DNA of 64,000 nt from Octopus vulgaris. Lineage: Eukaryota. The stretch spans positions 224,316,001 through 224,380,000 of the forward strand of contig OX597814.1 of assembly GCA_951406725.2 (NCBI GenBank). Reading direction: 5' to 3'. Under the pieces are notes generated by a model. The model was given only the letters and a program-made list of their open reading frames with translations. It did not search any database and was not told the origin of the DNA. Shown here piece after piece: positions 13,444 to 27,004 of the stretch; positions within the stretch are counted from its first letter, which is position 1; the number at the start of each line of letters is the position of its first letter. The translations under genes and the position numbers were made by a program.

Positions 13444-13490
13444 CATAAATATATACATATATACTTGTGTGTGTGTGTGTGTATATATGC

Positions 13491-13538
<48 letters not shown>

Positions 13539-13560
13539 GTGTGTATATATATATATATGA

Positions 13561-13603
<43 letters not shown>

Positions 13604-13625
13604 ATATATATATTATATATATGAA

Positions 13626-13699
<74 letters not shown>

Positions 13700-13758
13700 G
13701 AATGTGTGTATGTATATATGTATATTTGGTATGTATATATATATATATATACATATAT
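13364..13758. repeat. (TA)n-rich microsatellite complex
   Basis: Read directly from the sequence. Confidence 0.95.
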
Positions 13759-14361
13759 CAGGTGTCGGGCAAGTTGCTTTACAGTATTTGTTCCTGCTCT
13801 GTGGTTCTGATTTCAAATCTCGTCTTTCGTCATTAGAAAATTCTAGCCCTTCGGACCCAAGAAGAAGGAAATAAAAACCGAGGTAGTTTCAAGAATTTCT
13901 TATGTAAATACCCAAGTGCTGTAGCTCATCAATCTAATATGCCAACAACACCAGCTGTCAGGTGAGAATGCAAGGAGTAGTTTTCAAGTCGTATGCACTG
14001 TCGATATACACACATGCTTAGATAGATAGATAAATACATACATATATACATACATAGATGCACATATATATATATATATACTTATATGAAGTTCTAATCA
14101 AATTGACCCTCATGATAAATTCCACTCAATTATCAGAAGTGAGTCCCGCCCTTAGTAAACGTTAAATTGATTTTAAAAGTGCTTTAAATAGACATTTTAA
14201 AGTGTATGTATGTATGTACGTATGTATGTACTTAAATATACATACACAAATGCACACATCTGTGTGTTTGTATCTATCTATCTATCTATATATATATATA
14301 CACACACGTGCATGCATACATACATAAATACATATGATACACATATATATGGGAAGAGAGA

Positions 14362-14467
<106 letters not shown>

Positions 14468-15030
14468 TGTCTGTCTGTCTGTATTCGAGAGCGCGCGCGT
14501 ACGATAGGCTAAACAGGTATCGACCTCTTTTACCTCTATTTTCAATAAACGTACAATTTTTTTTTTTTAAATGTTATCTCTGTTTATTTTATGACTTGAT
14601 ATGAACATCTTATTCTTTTTTCTTTACTCTTCTCGCCCGCTCAATCCTTTGATGTATGGTAGATAACATGTTCGAGTTTTACTTGCAATCTTTTATAAGA
14701 TCTTACTCTTTGTCTCTCGTGGGTTATCTTACGAAAATAACTGGCGTCTCTTTTCCGGACTACGCGTACTTCATTGTTGCATTTCATTCTGTTCAGGTAA
14801 ATGTATTTTTTTATCGTTTTTTTATAAGTTATTCATCACTTCACTATTCTTCGTTATTCTTCGACGTACTTGAACTAGTCTGATTATGGAGTTCAATGTG
14901 AGATTAGATGTGTCGTGGCGACTGTAGACATACAGGGCCGGTTAAAGGTGCCAGGCTACCGGTAATTCTGATACTTTTGCAGGAGTCCCAACGGGGTTAA
15001 ATAGAGACCCTCGTCATGTATTTGGGGATT

Positions 15031-15440
15031 TAGGCGTGGCTATGTGGTAAGAAGTTTGCTTCTGAACCACATGGTTCCGGGTTCAGTCTCACTTCATGTC
15101 ACCTTGGGCAAGTGTCTTCTACTATAGCCGCGGGACGACCAAAGACTTGTGAGTGGATTTTGTAGACGGAAACTGAAAGAAACCCGTTTTATATATTTAT
15201 GTACACACACATATATATATTCATATATATATGTGTGTGTGTGTGTGTGTCGGTGTGTTTACGTCCCCGAAATTTAGCGGTTCGGCGAAAGAGACGATAG
15301 AATAAGAACTAAGCTTACTAAGACTAAGTGCTAGGGTCGATTTTTTTCGACTAGAAAACCATTTAAGGCAGTGCTCCGGCATGGCCACAGTCAACTGACA
15401 GAAACAAGCAAAAACATAAAAGAATGAAAGAATATAAGAA
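15031..15440 (+). mobile_element. SINE family A
   Basis: GTGGCTATGTGGTAAGAAG..GGTTCAGTCTC head plus family body and tail. Confidence 0.85.
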
Positions 15441-15458
15441 CAGCTCATTTCTATTGCT

Positions 15459-15615
15459 TTACATTATTTACATTATTTACATTTGACGGATAGTTGACCT
15501 CATCTTGTTTGTTGTTAAATCAACGTTTTGGCTTATATCCCCACCCCCCAGCCTTCATCAGGTGACTTGGGGAAATTTCGAACCTGTGTTCTCATTCCTA
15601 AGGTATTTTTCGATG

Positions 15616-15617
<2 letters not shown>
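15459..15617 (-). mobile_element. Hammerhead-bearing short element (family H), degenerate copy
   Basis: Reverse complement AACATCGAAAAATACCTTAGGAATGAGAAC..CACCTGATGAAGGCTG matches 16432-16619. It abuts (ATT)n. Confidence 0.8.
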
Positions 15618-15671
<54 letters not shown>

Positions 15672-15675
15672 GTTA

Positions 15676-15860
15676 GGCGCAGGAGTGGCTGTGTATAGGC
15701 ACAGGAGTGGCTTTGTGGTATGTAGATTGCCTACCAACAACAAGGTTCCGAGTTCAGTCCCACTGCGTGACATCTTGGGCAAGTGTCTTCTACTATAGCC
15801 TCGGGCCGACCAAAGCCTTGTGAGTGGCTTTGGTAAACGGAAACTGAAAGAAGCCCATCG

Positions 15861-15862
<2 letters not shown>
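15676..15862 (+). mobile_element. SINE family A, 5' half with duplicated head
   Basis: GGCGCAGGAGTGGCTGTG followed by GGCACAGGAGTGGCTTTGTGG. Confidence 0.85.
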
Positions 15863-15904
<42 letters not shown>

Positions 15905-15929
15905 TGTGTGTGTGTGTGTTTGTGTATCT

Positions 15930-16398
15930 GCTACAGCAAATATTCTGCTCAATACCACAAATTTGCTTGTTGTTTGACCATAACCAGTTGTTTGACCTTA
16001 AACAGTTGACCATGTCCCTTAGTGGCTGACGATATGTACATGTCTGACCACCAGCAGAAGTAGTGAGGGAGCATCATAGCCGTGTGTTGAAAGGACTTCT
16101 TGGTAATTTGGATAATTCACTTTTGGAAACATGGGTGGTTCGTTCAACATCCTTAAACAATTCTTATTCAGGGACCTTTTGAGCGGGATGGGCTACTCGA
16201 CCAGAAGAAAATTCTAACTGGGCCCCACCTGCAAGGTCATGCGCTGTTTATCTTGATATGAGATCACCATGTCGCGCACATATGGTCGTGATGCATGTGC
16301 CTGGTGTACCCTTATCAGAAGGTAGTCATGATGGGTATACTGGGCTTCGTCTATTTTACCCCAGGGTCACTTTGATGGCATGCACTGCTCTCTCACTC
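15930..16398 (+). mobile_element. Family D repeat, 5'-truncated, ending in (AAT)n
   Basis: Reverse complement of 6771-7230; ends CTCTCTCACTC(AAT)n. Confidence 0.85.
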
Positions 16399-16431
16399 AA
16401 TAATAATTATAATAATAATAATAATAACAAT

Positions 16432-16619
16432 AACATCGAAAAAATACCTTAGGAATGAGAACCCAGGTTCGAAATTTCCCCAAGACACCTGATGAAGGCT
16501 GGAGGGTATATCAGCCGAAACGTTGTGTTAACAACAAACAAGATGAGGACAAATATTTGTCAAATATAAATAATGTAAATAATGTACATAATTCCTCATC
16601 TCCTAAATATAGAACTGTA
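16432..16619 (+). mobile_element. Hammerhead-bearing short element (family H)
   Basis: Three copies in the window (15459, 16432, 44840), each preceded by (AAT)n. Confidence 0.8.
16484..16529 (+). ncRNA. Minimal hammerhead ribozyme
   Basis: GACAC-CTGATGA-A-GGCTG gagggtatat CAGCC-GAAA-C-GTT-GTGTT. All stems pair, stem III is the palindrome AACGTT, and the triplet is GUU. Confidence 0.75.
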
Positions 16620-17052
16620 TTACCTTAGTTCTATATTTAATCAGTTGTAATAAGCGATTGATTCTTGCGTTTACAGGATTTGCTCCTTTGAAAAAATTCG
16701 TGTATGTGTGTGAGTGTACATGTATATACGAACACACATACACACATACACATACACGTATAAATATATATACGCTCAAACATATATTTACTTGGTGGGG
16801 GGCACCAATTTGTCTGGGGGTTCCAGTGACCCTGGGGCCTGTTCCGTAATAGTAACATACTTATTTGTTGAGTCCCGTTTAATGTTTATAGGGCCGTAAA
16901 ACGTACTTTAAACCTCTGATGAGCAATAAGCTACGTCGCACAATCTGTTTTTAATTCTGTTTTCTTTCTCGAATTTCGCATCGTATAGGAGACCTAGTGG
17001 CTGAGAAAAAAAATAGTGTTAATACACACACAAACACACAAACACGCACACA

Positions 17053-17282
17053 ACGGCGAGCTGGCAGAAACGTTAGCACGACGGGCGAAATGTGTAGCCG
17101 TATTTCGTCTGCCGTTACATTCTGAGTTCAAATTTCGCCGAGGTCGACTTTGCCTTTCATCTTTTCGGGGTCGATAAATTAAGTACCCGTTACGCACTGG
17201 GGTCGATATAATTGACTTAATCCGTTTGTCTGTCCTTGTTTGTCCTCTCTGTGTTTAGCCACTTGTGGGTAGTAAAGAAATA
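17053..17282 (+). mobile_element. SINE family B (tail type 1)
   Basis: Full head and core with tail ...TAGCCACTTGTGGGTAGTAAAGAAATA. Confidence 0.9.
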
Positions 17283-17805
17283 GGTTCATAAATTCAGCTT
17301 GAAATTATTATGGATTTCAAATTTTGGCACAAAGCCAGCAATTTCGGATCTCTAGCGTTCAACTGGTACATATGTTATCGATTCCTTAAGGCTGAAAGGC
17401 AAAGTCGATCGGAATTTTAACAGTTTTAAAATAAAATTAACTGAAACGAACACTTCAACACCCAACTTCTGCATACGAAGACACAATGCTAATTCTTCGA
17501 CTAGCAAAGATTATGCAAAGTAATTTTCGTCTTGCACAAAGATATGACGAAGATCAAAGAAATACCTCAATGTTAACCCATTTACAAATGCAGTGGGGTT
17601 TCACATATGTAATATCGTAAGTTTAAAAATCTTTGATCTAATTGGAATATGCAAACAATGAATACACACAGATCAAGAAAAATCAATATTGTCATTGTCA
17701 GAGCGGCATCGATTTACACCCTCAAATTATTTAGAAGAAACTGAAAATTAATATTTTATGCAAAATATATTCGTTTACTCGAAATGTGTGAACGTATATT
17801 TTGCA

Positions 17806-17962
17806 CAGTCGCGTAGCTAGGTGGTGAACGGCCGACTTCGGGCAACGATTTTATTGGGTCGACACTTATGAGCCGGCTGTATAAGCTGATATAGGTTGGG
17901 GATGGGTGTTCATCAATCTAGATGGCCTGCAAAGAGAGGTATGTAATCTTGTTACGCTAGTG
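17806..17962. mobile_element. Possible degraded hAT-type MITE
   Basis: Imperfect termini CAGTCGCGTAGCT / TGTTACGCTAGTG; flanks ATTTTGCA and ATCCCGCA match at 5 of 8 positions. Confidence 0.35.
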
Positions 17963-18000
17963 ATCCCGCATATGCTACATCCATACAATTATATTAACTT

Positions 18001-18203
18001 CTGGCAGAAACGTTAGCACGCAGGGTGAAATGCTTAGCGACATTTCGTCTGCCGCTACGTTCTGAGTTCAAATTCCGCCGAGGTCGACTTTACCTTTCAT
18101 CCTTTCGGGATCGATAAAAAAAATACCAGTTGCGTACTGGGGTCAATCTAATCGACTGGTCTCCTCCCCCAAAATTTCGGGCTTTGTGCCTAGAATAGAA
18201 ACG
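18001..18203 (+). mobile_element. SINE family B (tail type 2) with 14-bp TSD
   Basis: TSD AATTATATTAACTT at 17987-18000 and 18204-18217; tail CCCCAAAATTTCGGGCTTTGTGCCTAGAATAGAAA. Confidence 0.9.
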
Positions 18204-18265
18204 AATTATATTAACTTGTAAACCCCACCTTACAACACACATTCACAAACACTCACACACACTAC

Positions 18266-18343
<78 letters not shown>

Positions 18344-18695
18344 ACACACAAAGTGAACTTTGTCAGTTATCTCTATTGACATTTCGATATCTTCAGGTGC
18401 TTCTTCCAGATTTATTTTCAGATAGCACAAGGAGTAAGTAACCACAGATGAAAATATTTATTTTTGATAATCTTCTAAGAACAAAAGAGAAAGAGACGTA
18501 AATTACTGCCTGCGAAAATTAATTTTAAATAAAAATTTATAAAATGAATTAATAAGAGGAAGCCTTCTTTAGGCCATAGTTTATTTTCCTCCTGTGCTAG
18601 TGATTCTACCAGCTCGCCGTCTTAATTATCAGGAAAGTGTTCGATAGTTGAAAAGAACAAATTGCATGGTACCAGAGACTGCAGACAGCAAACCA

Positions 18696-18925
18696 TGTGT
18701 TTGTAAGTCCTGGTGTTTTTGTTATGTATTTGTCTGAATATTTTTTTATCATGCCTAATGCACCTACTATGATAGGAATTGTTTCTGTTTTCAGATTCCA
18801 CATTCTAGTTACCTCTATTTCCAGGTCTTTGTATTTTGAGAGTTTCTCCATTTCTTTTAGAGACACGTTGTCATCTGCCGGTATTGATACATCAATTAGA
18901 AAGCATTTTTTTTCTTCATGATCTC
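18696..18925 (-). mobile_element. Second Dong/R4 fragment (RLE domain)
   Basis: Near-identical to 5587-5817 and abuts (ATT)n. It has 8 rather than 7 T in the homopolymer, so it keeps the intact frame (HEEKKCFLIDVSIP). Confidence 0.9.
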
Positions 18926-18996
<71 letters not shown>

Positions 18997-19009
18997 ATGA
19001 TTACGATGT

Positions 19010-19058
<49 letters not shown>

Positions 19059-19147
19059 AAAATTACTTTTAAAACAAACTTCTAATTTACTTATTTTGAC
19101 AGACCTCTAGAACAATATTTTGTGCAAAACGAAAAATATGGCACAGG

Positions 19148-19375
19148 TACCTTTTGAGCGGGATGGGCTATTCGACAAGAAGAAAATTCTAACTGGGCCC
19201 CACCTGCAAGGTCATGCGCTGTTTATCTTGATATGAGATCTCCGTGTCGCGCACATATGGTTGTGATGCATGTGCCTAGTATACCCTTATCAGATGGGTA
19301 GTCATGATGGGTATACTGGGCTTCGTATATTTTACCCCAGTGTTACTTTGATGGCTTGCACTGCTCTCTCACTCA
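19148..19375 (+). mobile_element. Family D repeat, 3' fragment
   Basis: Same 3' end CTCTCTCACTC, followed by AAT/(ACT)n. Confidence 0.85.
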
Positions 19376-19376
19376 A

Positions 19377-19448
<72 letters not shown>

Positions 19449-19764
19449 CACTAATAATAATAATAATAATAATAATAACAACAACAACAATAATTAGTAG
19501 TAGTAGTAGTAGTATGTAGTATTCGCAGCTGCAGCATATTATTTTTAAAAAATAATGATAATATGCTGCAGCTAATACTAAATACTACTAATACTACAAT
19601 AACACTAGAACTACTACTATTATGATATCACAGGAATCTGAGCCCCAACTACCACCTTTACAACTACCCCCACATCTGCGACTGTTGCTGTTGCTGCAAT
19701 CACTGCTGCTACTACACATAAAAAGAATAATATCAGTGATATCAGTGATGATAATAATAAGAAT

Positions 19765-20112
19765 AATTAAAGGAAACGAGTGGAGCCTCCTCGTGGGCTG
19801 ATTAATGATACATCTAGTGATGGTGTCACAATAAAAACACTGGTAATTGCGCAACCTGATAATCGCTACCTCATTGAGTGATAATGAAAAAACAATGGTA
19901 ATGAAACTGAAGCCAATGATGGTGACAGTGTTACACCCGGTAGGCTTGGAGATTCTGGTCCGGCTCCAGCCCGCCCATGTCCAGAAAGGGACTACCACAC
20001 ACGGCGTAAATGGAACAAGCAAATTAATGCTATGATCATGGAGTGTTACTACCTGAGCAGCACGGTAGATGAAAAAGATGCTCAAATTAGTGGTTACCGA
20101 CAACGTATGTAT
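19765..20112 (+). mobile_element. 5' end of an R4/Dong-type LINE ORF
   Basis: Frame reads RRKWNKQINAMIMECYYLSS...SGYRQRMYD, resembling the Dong/Rex6 N-terminal motif RRKW...N..VMECY...GYR.RM. Confidence 0.65.
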
Positions 20113-20127
20113 GATAATGATAATAAT

Positions 20128-20653
20128 GCCCTGATGCAATACTAGGTAGTGGCTCTCATGGCTTATCCAATCTTTGCTGATTGGAAGCGTTATCACATAT
20201 ATGTTTTGTCTTGGTGTAAAAGATGGGCTACAGCAAATATTCTGCTCAATACCGCAGGTTTTCTTGTCAGTTGCTTGACATTAATCAGTTATCTCTTGGT
20301 GGCTGACGACATGTGTATTTTTGATCACGAGCAGGAGTAATGGGGGAGCATCATAGCCATATGTTGAGAAGGATTCTTTTGAGTTTGACTAATTCAACTT
20401 AGGAAACATGGGTGTTTCGCTCATCATCCTTAAACAACCTTTATTCAGGCACCTTTTGAGCGGGATGGGCCACTCTACCGGATGAAAATTCTAACTGGGC
20501 CTCACTTGATATGAGATCCCCATGTCGCTCACACTTGGTTGTGATGCATGTGCTTGGTGTACCCTTATCAGAAGGGTAGTCATGGTGGGTATATTGGGCT
20601 TTGTATATTTGTATCCCAGTGTCATTTTGATGCCATATGCTGCCCTCTCATTC
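20128..20653 (+). mobile_element. Family D repeat, full length but diverged, in (AAT)n
   Basis: Starts GCCCTGATGCAATACTAGG after ATAATAAT and ends before (AAT)n. Confidence 0.85.
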
Positions 20654-20696
20654 AAAAATAATAATGGTAATAATAATAACAATAATAATAATAATC

Positions 20697-20960
20697 TGTC
20701 CCTTTTTAGGAATCAGACAATATATTTAGGAAGCTATTTACAATACACTGTGCGCGTGCCACCTTAAAATTAGTGTGGACAAAATGTACTTACCAATAAA
20801 AGTAGGAGGCAGAGGTTTGTTCAATACAGACGACATTACGATATCGGGTTTGAAAAACTATGTCGTGCCTAGTGCATAAAGAACACTCTCTGCGGCCAGA
20901 AGTATTCAAAGAGTCGCTGTAACAGACTCTCTAAGGATTCTGCCAATTTATGACCTCTAT
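20697..20960 (+). mobile_element. Old R4/Dong remnant
   Basis: RKLFTIH...MYLPIKVGGRGLF...GLKNY across frameshifts. Confidence 0.55.
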
Positions 20961-21730
20961 TTTAAATTACTTCATGAGAAGAAGAAAATACAAGCCATGT
21001 CTTCATGACTTTTTCAAGGGCATTAGTGGGTGAGAAAGCTTTAACCAGGTCATCGGCCTTCCCCATAGAGAATATGAAAAATATGACGTCATTCTGAAGC
21101 TACTAACGCAATATATTATAATAATAGTATGGAAGTAAAAAAAAACAGTATAAACAATTAAATAATAAAAAAAGGAAGCTGACAACGAGTGTTTAATTAA
21201 TTTTTCCTAATTTTTTTGTGACAACTAAAGGAAGTTGAAAGATTCTTAAACTCCTCATCAAATATCTTTTTTCTTTAAATTGAAATTTCTTCTTCCTGTT
21301 TAGTTTCCTAACTTTTTTAATGTTTCAATGTTTTTCTAAGAGAACACTTAAAACAGTCTCGTCTTTGTGAGTGAAGAGATTTTTAACGACAAAACGCTTC
21401 AGAGATAGAGAGTATAAAATCATATATATTTATTTACTACAAAAGCAATCTCGTAACAATAAAAGAATTTTCTTTGGCCATGTTTGATATGTGTTGATAA
21501 AATTTATCATAATTTTCTTTTTTTAAGTCAACAAACTTTATTGTTGATTTAACCAGTCGTGATGAAATTTGTAAATGGTCGACGTAATTTATTTTTACGT
21601 TCCAATTTTCTTAGGAGAGAATGCTGAACTAACTGTGTTATAAGGTTTAACTTAGTTTACATTCTGGTATCAAATAAATTACCGTTTGTTGCTCGAATAT
21701 CTCTTTTTGTCTGTCTATCTATCTATCTAC

Positions 21731-21866
<136 letters not shown>

Positions 21867-22979
21867 ATTGCTTTAAAGAGTAACTGGTAAGTCAATAGAC
21901 AATATGTTAATAAATGATCACTGTCAATATAAATAAGATATATTATTATTAAAGACTGTCTTGTGTCTACCACTTTCATACAGTTTGGGATCTTATCAAA
22001 CACAACGGCGTAATGTTTTCGCTAAGTGTAGTTATTATTCGTATCTCGATAAATTCTTAGCAAAATGGATGTGTGGATTTGATATTGGCACCGAATAGCG
22101 TCTTACATAGGCGCAATCGGTTTCCGTTTTATCTTTATAAATTGTATTACTATATCTTTACTGTGGCTTTTTCATCAGAAGTAATTAGCATTGCTAGCTC
22201 GGTCCGTCAAGAGTACCTCCTGTTATCACTTCCCTATGGTGACACTGAGACAAGATGACAAACAGGCTCTTGGCTAGTGTTAGAAATAGGAAAAGAAGAG
22301 ATAATCTTTGAGATGTCAGATGCTTATAATGCTTTGGTGGTGTATTAAGTTACTAGATTGGAACACTGCTCTTTTGGAAGGGTTGAGTTCCTTTCATTAG
22401 AAAGTTTTACTGTTGCTATCGTTCGCTCTAGTGGGGATCCTAAGGTGGCGTAACTGATTAGATGTTGGTTATGCGCGGATATCAGACAAAGTTTCAGGAC
22501 GTGATGCGGTCTGGTCATCATTTGTCATTCATACTTTCTCGGAGCTCACCTGCTTAACTGAACAAATGTAAAGTGACTGTTTCCATACACACACAACACT
22601 ATACCAACTGAATAACTGAATAATGCAGCGGTGAATCGTCCATGATTACATTTCAGAAAGGATCACCCAACAGTAGACCTTCTTTGCGGTTGATTGGCCT
22701 GCTATAAATAGTAGCCACCCTACGATCGCAAAAAGAAAGGATAATTTGGTGAATGTAAACTTTAAATAAATTTTCTGAATAAAATGCAGGATAGTTGGGA
22801 GTATTTGATCATTTAACCCCAGATCAAAGTTGATCTGGGGCTAAGTAACAATAGCAACACAGATGATCAATGGAGGGCATGAACGAAGATATTCTGTGAA
22901 TCAACAGCGTATCAACTGTGTTGATGTTGCATTTCAATAACTTTCGAAAGGGCACACTGGCTGGTTAGCGATCTGGGTA

Positions 22980-23800
22980 ACACTTGTTGGGATGGAGCTT
23001 TGTGGTCTTGAAATATGTGGAGAGTTTACCCAGTTTTTAGAATCTATGGCCTCAGTAGTTGATGATATTTGCTCTCTCTACCCTTATGTTCCGCTTCAAG
23101 GGATTGTTAAAGAGGTAGATAAAGATTTAGTCCTGAAGTGGTGCCATCTCCTCCGTCATTTCAGTCTCATCCATCATACTAATTCTTTCATCACCATAAC
23201 ATACTTTATTTTTACGATGCGATTTTGTGGATGGAATATCGCAAGACCCCGTACTCTAAGAAAATTATTTATAAACTGTAATATACTACCTATTCATATA
23301 TCTCTTCCATTATAGGTTGTTCATAAATCATACCACACCCATATAGTACTTATACAACAAAATAAAATGAAAAAATCTCGCAAGCTGATAAACCACTTTG
23401 ATATGCAAAGGGTACCATATTCTGGTGCAGATAACTCAAACGCATGTACTTCCTACCCCTAACTATAACCACCCTGAACAAGGAGACAGATTAACACACC
23501 AAATCATTGCTACAATAACGTTTTAAGAGCACTGTCTCACCCTGTCATACATATGAAAGAAAAGAGAAGAAAGAAAACACAGAGCCATCAATAGCTTAAT
23601 TTTCCTCAGCTGCTATGATGTATTGCACAATACAAATAAGTGCAAAGGAACAACAACCGACATGTACGTTATCCATTTAGTCTACCAACATACTGTTTCC
23701 ATTATGACAACCAATAGGTATATAGAAATAAATTAACCAATGAAGAAAATACATTTCTAGATTGCAACCCTGCTTATACGATTATCCACAGCATGACATA
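22980..23800 (+). mobile_element. Possible highly decayed Penelope-like RT
   Basis: MASVVDDICSLYPYVPLQ resembles PLE RT motif A (S.D..SLYT.VP); EENTFLDC lies near 23742. Confidence 0.35.
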
Positions 23801-24521
23801 CTGTGCAGAGTAGTCCTTAACAAAGTGGGGAATGCTATACCTAAGATAAAGGATCTATGGATTGCACTTCGTTGGTTCCAACCGAAAAATTACATACCCG
23901 ATGGGGGCTGACTTGCACCTAGACGATCTCACTTTTGAAGGTGTCAATTGATTAAAGCTTAACGATAAATAAATGGAATTGTCTTTGTACTGAAATAAAC
24001 AGCTTTTGCGGTTGTTGATGTTTTAGCAGTGATCATCTTTTTATCTCTTTTTGTTTTACAAACTTAAATTCTTTATCTTCCACTTTTTGCCGAATCTCCC
24101 TGTATCTTCCACTTCTTCTCAGTTCCTCTTACCGAATCTTCCCGTATCTTTCCCCTCTCCCCTTTACCTTCACCTTCTTTATTTCCCCATTGTCTCGTGT
24201 CTTATACTTCTGTTCCAACTCCTAGCCTTATCTTGAGCCCACATCGCTCCAGATACGTCGCCTATGCTGAATATTTGTATTTGTAACATCTGGTCTTGAA
24301 GTTGGGAAGCAATGCAGTAGAGCTGACAGAAAACCATTACAATCTTGTTTTCTTTTGCCTCATGTGGTTCTAATACACACACACATATAGATAAATCGGC
24401 GGACGCCAACATACACACAGACACACACATACGCACATACGCACAAACATTCGCGCACACACGCACATATTGTCAGAATATCTGTCTGTGTGTGGCTTTG
24501 TGGGGCGTGCTAGTACGCAGT

Positions 24522-24558
<37 letters not shown>

Positions 24559-24712
24559 GCTTCATATGGAAACATCTACAGTCATGTTAGACTGTCATAT
24601 TGTTTTGTTTCCCGTCATTTTTACAAAATATATGTTCAGAAGTTTGGTGTACGAAATTTGTAAAACAATTAAGTCTTGTCTTCGTTGGAGGCCTTTCTTT
24701 AAAGAGTGAAGC

Positions 24713-24782
<70 letters not shown>

Positions 24783-25156
24783 GAGAGGAAGACAGGGTGA
24801 ATGAGAGAGCATGTTTCTAAATTGGATATGTGTGTGTATGTTTGTATGTGCATATGTGTATCTGTGTATGTGTGTATCTGTGTATGTGTTCATGTGCATT
24901 TATGTGTATGAGTGTGTGTATGTATGTGTGCATGTATGTATGTGCATTTGTGTGTGTGTATGTCCATTTGTGTGTGTGTGTGTGTGTGTGTATGTGTGTG
25001 TGTGTGTTTGTATGTGTGTGTGCGTGTGTTTCTGTGTGTGCATATGCAAATGTATGTGAGCATTTGAAAAGATAGAGAAAGGGCGGTGAATGAGAATGAA
25101 AATAGAGAAAGCAGAGATATAGAATTATATACGTAGAAGAAATAGAAGGACAAATA

Positions 25157-25226
<70 letters not shown>

Positions 25227-25965
25227 GAGAGAAAGAAAGAAGGAAAGAAAGAAAGAAAGAAAGAAAGGGAGAAAAAGTAAAATTGAGATAGTTATCAATG
25301 TTCTTATCGCATAAATGTATTTCCTTTTTTCTAAAATATATTCTTATTTTATTTGTACGTCTCTCTCTCTCCCATCCTCTCTCTCCCACCCTCTCTCTCC
25401 CACCCCCTCTCTCCCTCTCTCTCTCTCCCCCTCTCTCTTTCTCTCTTTCATTCTCACTCTTTTGCTTTATGCATTAAGTTTCTGTTCCACTTCGTTACGT
25501 CATCTTTTTTTCTCTCTTCCATTTTTTCTCTTTGTTTTTACATGTGAGTAATAAGAATTAGTTAGAAATGATAATGATTTTTGTTAGCAGTCGGTCAAGT
25601 CGTGTTCAAGAGAAAAGAATACAACTGAATGAACCTATCTTAGAATCTTGAAGTTGTTCTCTTAGTCATCCAGTCACCTGAGACGAATGAACAAAGAAGC
25701 TTTTACTAGTCTCTGAAGTGGTTTTCCTCGTTGAATCATGATGCAAAATATAGCACCATATCTCTGTCCCTACTAAAATTGAAGTAAAATAAAACGATGT
25801 CTAATTTATTTAAAATTTACTCCACATTTACCACTACCACTTTCCTAATAGTGCTAAATCTTAGAGACACTCTATTCAAAATTATGAGTGACTAGACGCA
25901 GATAAGATGCAAATCAAACGCTGATAAAACTAGCATTCCATGGGCAAGCATGTCTAAGATGCTTG

Positions 25966-26656
25966 GGATCTTTACCTTTTGACCGACAGATTTAAAAGAT
26001 ATTTTTTTGTAACTAAACACTTTCAAACTTCGGACACTGGTAGAATGTGTCATATAAAAAATCTTTTACTCTTAGTGTATCTGAGAAAAGTTTATATTTA
26101 GGAAGTAATTTCACGTTAAAGTTCTCGTATTCCGGTAATTTCAACCAATCAATAACGTGTATTCAGCTGAATAAAATTACTGCCGTTGTTTGTCAACAAC
26201 AACTTCCGGCGGTGTATTTTTCGTTTGTCACAGTTATTTATGACAACCCTAACCCTAAAACCCTAACCCTAACCCTAAAACCTTAACCCTAACCCTAACC
26301 CTAAAACCCTAACCCTAATCCTAAAACCCTAACCCTAACCCTAAAACCTTAAAGTTAAAACCAGTACAAACACATGAACGATGTCATAAATTACAGTGAC
26401 AAACGAAAAATACACCGCCGATAGGCCGATAGTTGTTGTTGGCAAACAACGCCAGTTATTCTATTCAGCTGAATACACGTCAGTGATTGGTTGAAATTAC
26501 GGAAATACTACAACTTTAACGTGAAATAACTTCCTAAATATAAGCTTTTCTCAAAAACGCTCTGAGTAAAAGATGTTTTATATGACACATTCTAACAGCG
26601 TCCGAAATTTGAAAGTGTTTAGTTACAAATAATTATTTTTTAAAAGGTAAAGATCC
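25966..26656. mobile_element. Foldback MITE with ~300-bp inverted arms, (CCCTAA)n spacer and 8-bp TSD (Merlin-like)
   Basis: Termini GGATCTTTACCTTTT / AAAAGGTAAAGATCC; arms are complementary along their length; TSD GATGCTTG / GATGTTTG. Confidence 0.85.
26245..26352 (-). repeat. Interstitial telomere-like repeat (TTAGGG with TTTTAGGG variants)
   Basis: Plus strand reads AACCCTAACCCTAAAACCCTAACCCT... Confidence 0.9.
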
Positions 26657-27004
26657 GATGTTTGTCCTAAGGGTTCTTTTATGTTGTAAAATTATTTTAA
26701 ACCTGGCTGACTGCAGCAGTATGTAAGGTGTGTATCTTTAAATTGTGTCTGTATGTTTTAATGGTGGTCACTGTGTGTTACAAATACAAAAGCGAGTGAG
26801 CCGATTACAACCACGCCAGTGTTCAACTGTTACTTATTGCATTGACCTCGTGAGTATGAAAGGTAAATTCGACCTCAGCATAATTTGAACTCATGAGGTA
26901 AAGATGGACGAAATGCCGCTAATTATTTTGCCCAGTGTGCTAACAATTCTGGCTGCTCACCGCCTGAAAACAAATAACTATCAATATATATTTCTTTATT
27001 GCCC

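Noticed and set aside
24179-24466. Minus-strand 95-aa ORF as an exon
   Set aside because: It begins in a CA repeat, has no recognisable motif, and lacks a clear donor in frame.
26245-26352. True telomere or chromosome-fusion scar
   Set aside because: It is short, in a single orientation, and sits as the spacer of a TSD-flanked MITE.
26904-27004. N-terminus of the 295-aa ORF as a host gene start
   Set aside because: It reads through SINE B remnants into a truncated CR1, so the fusion is coincidental.
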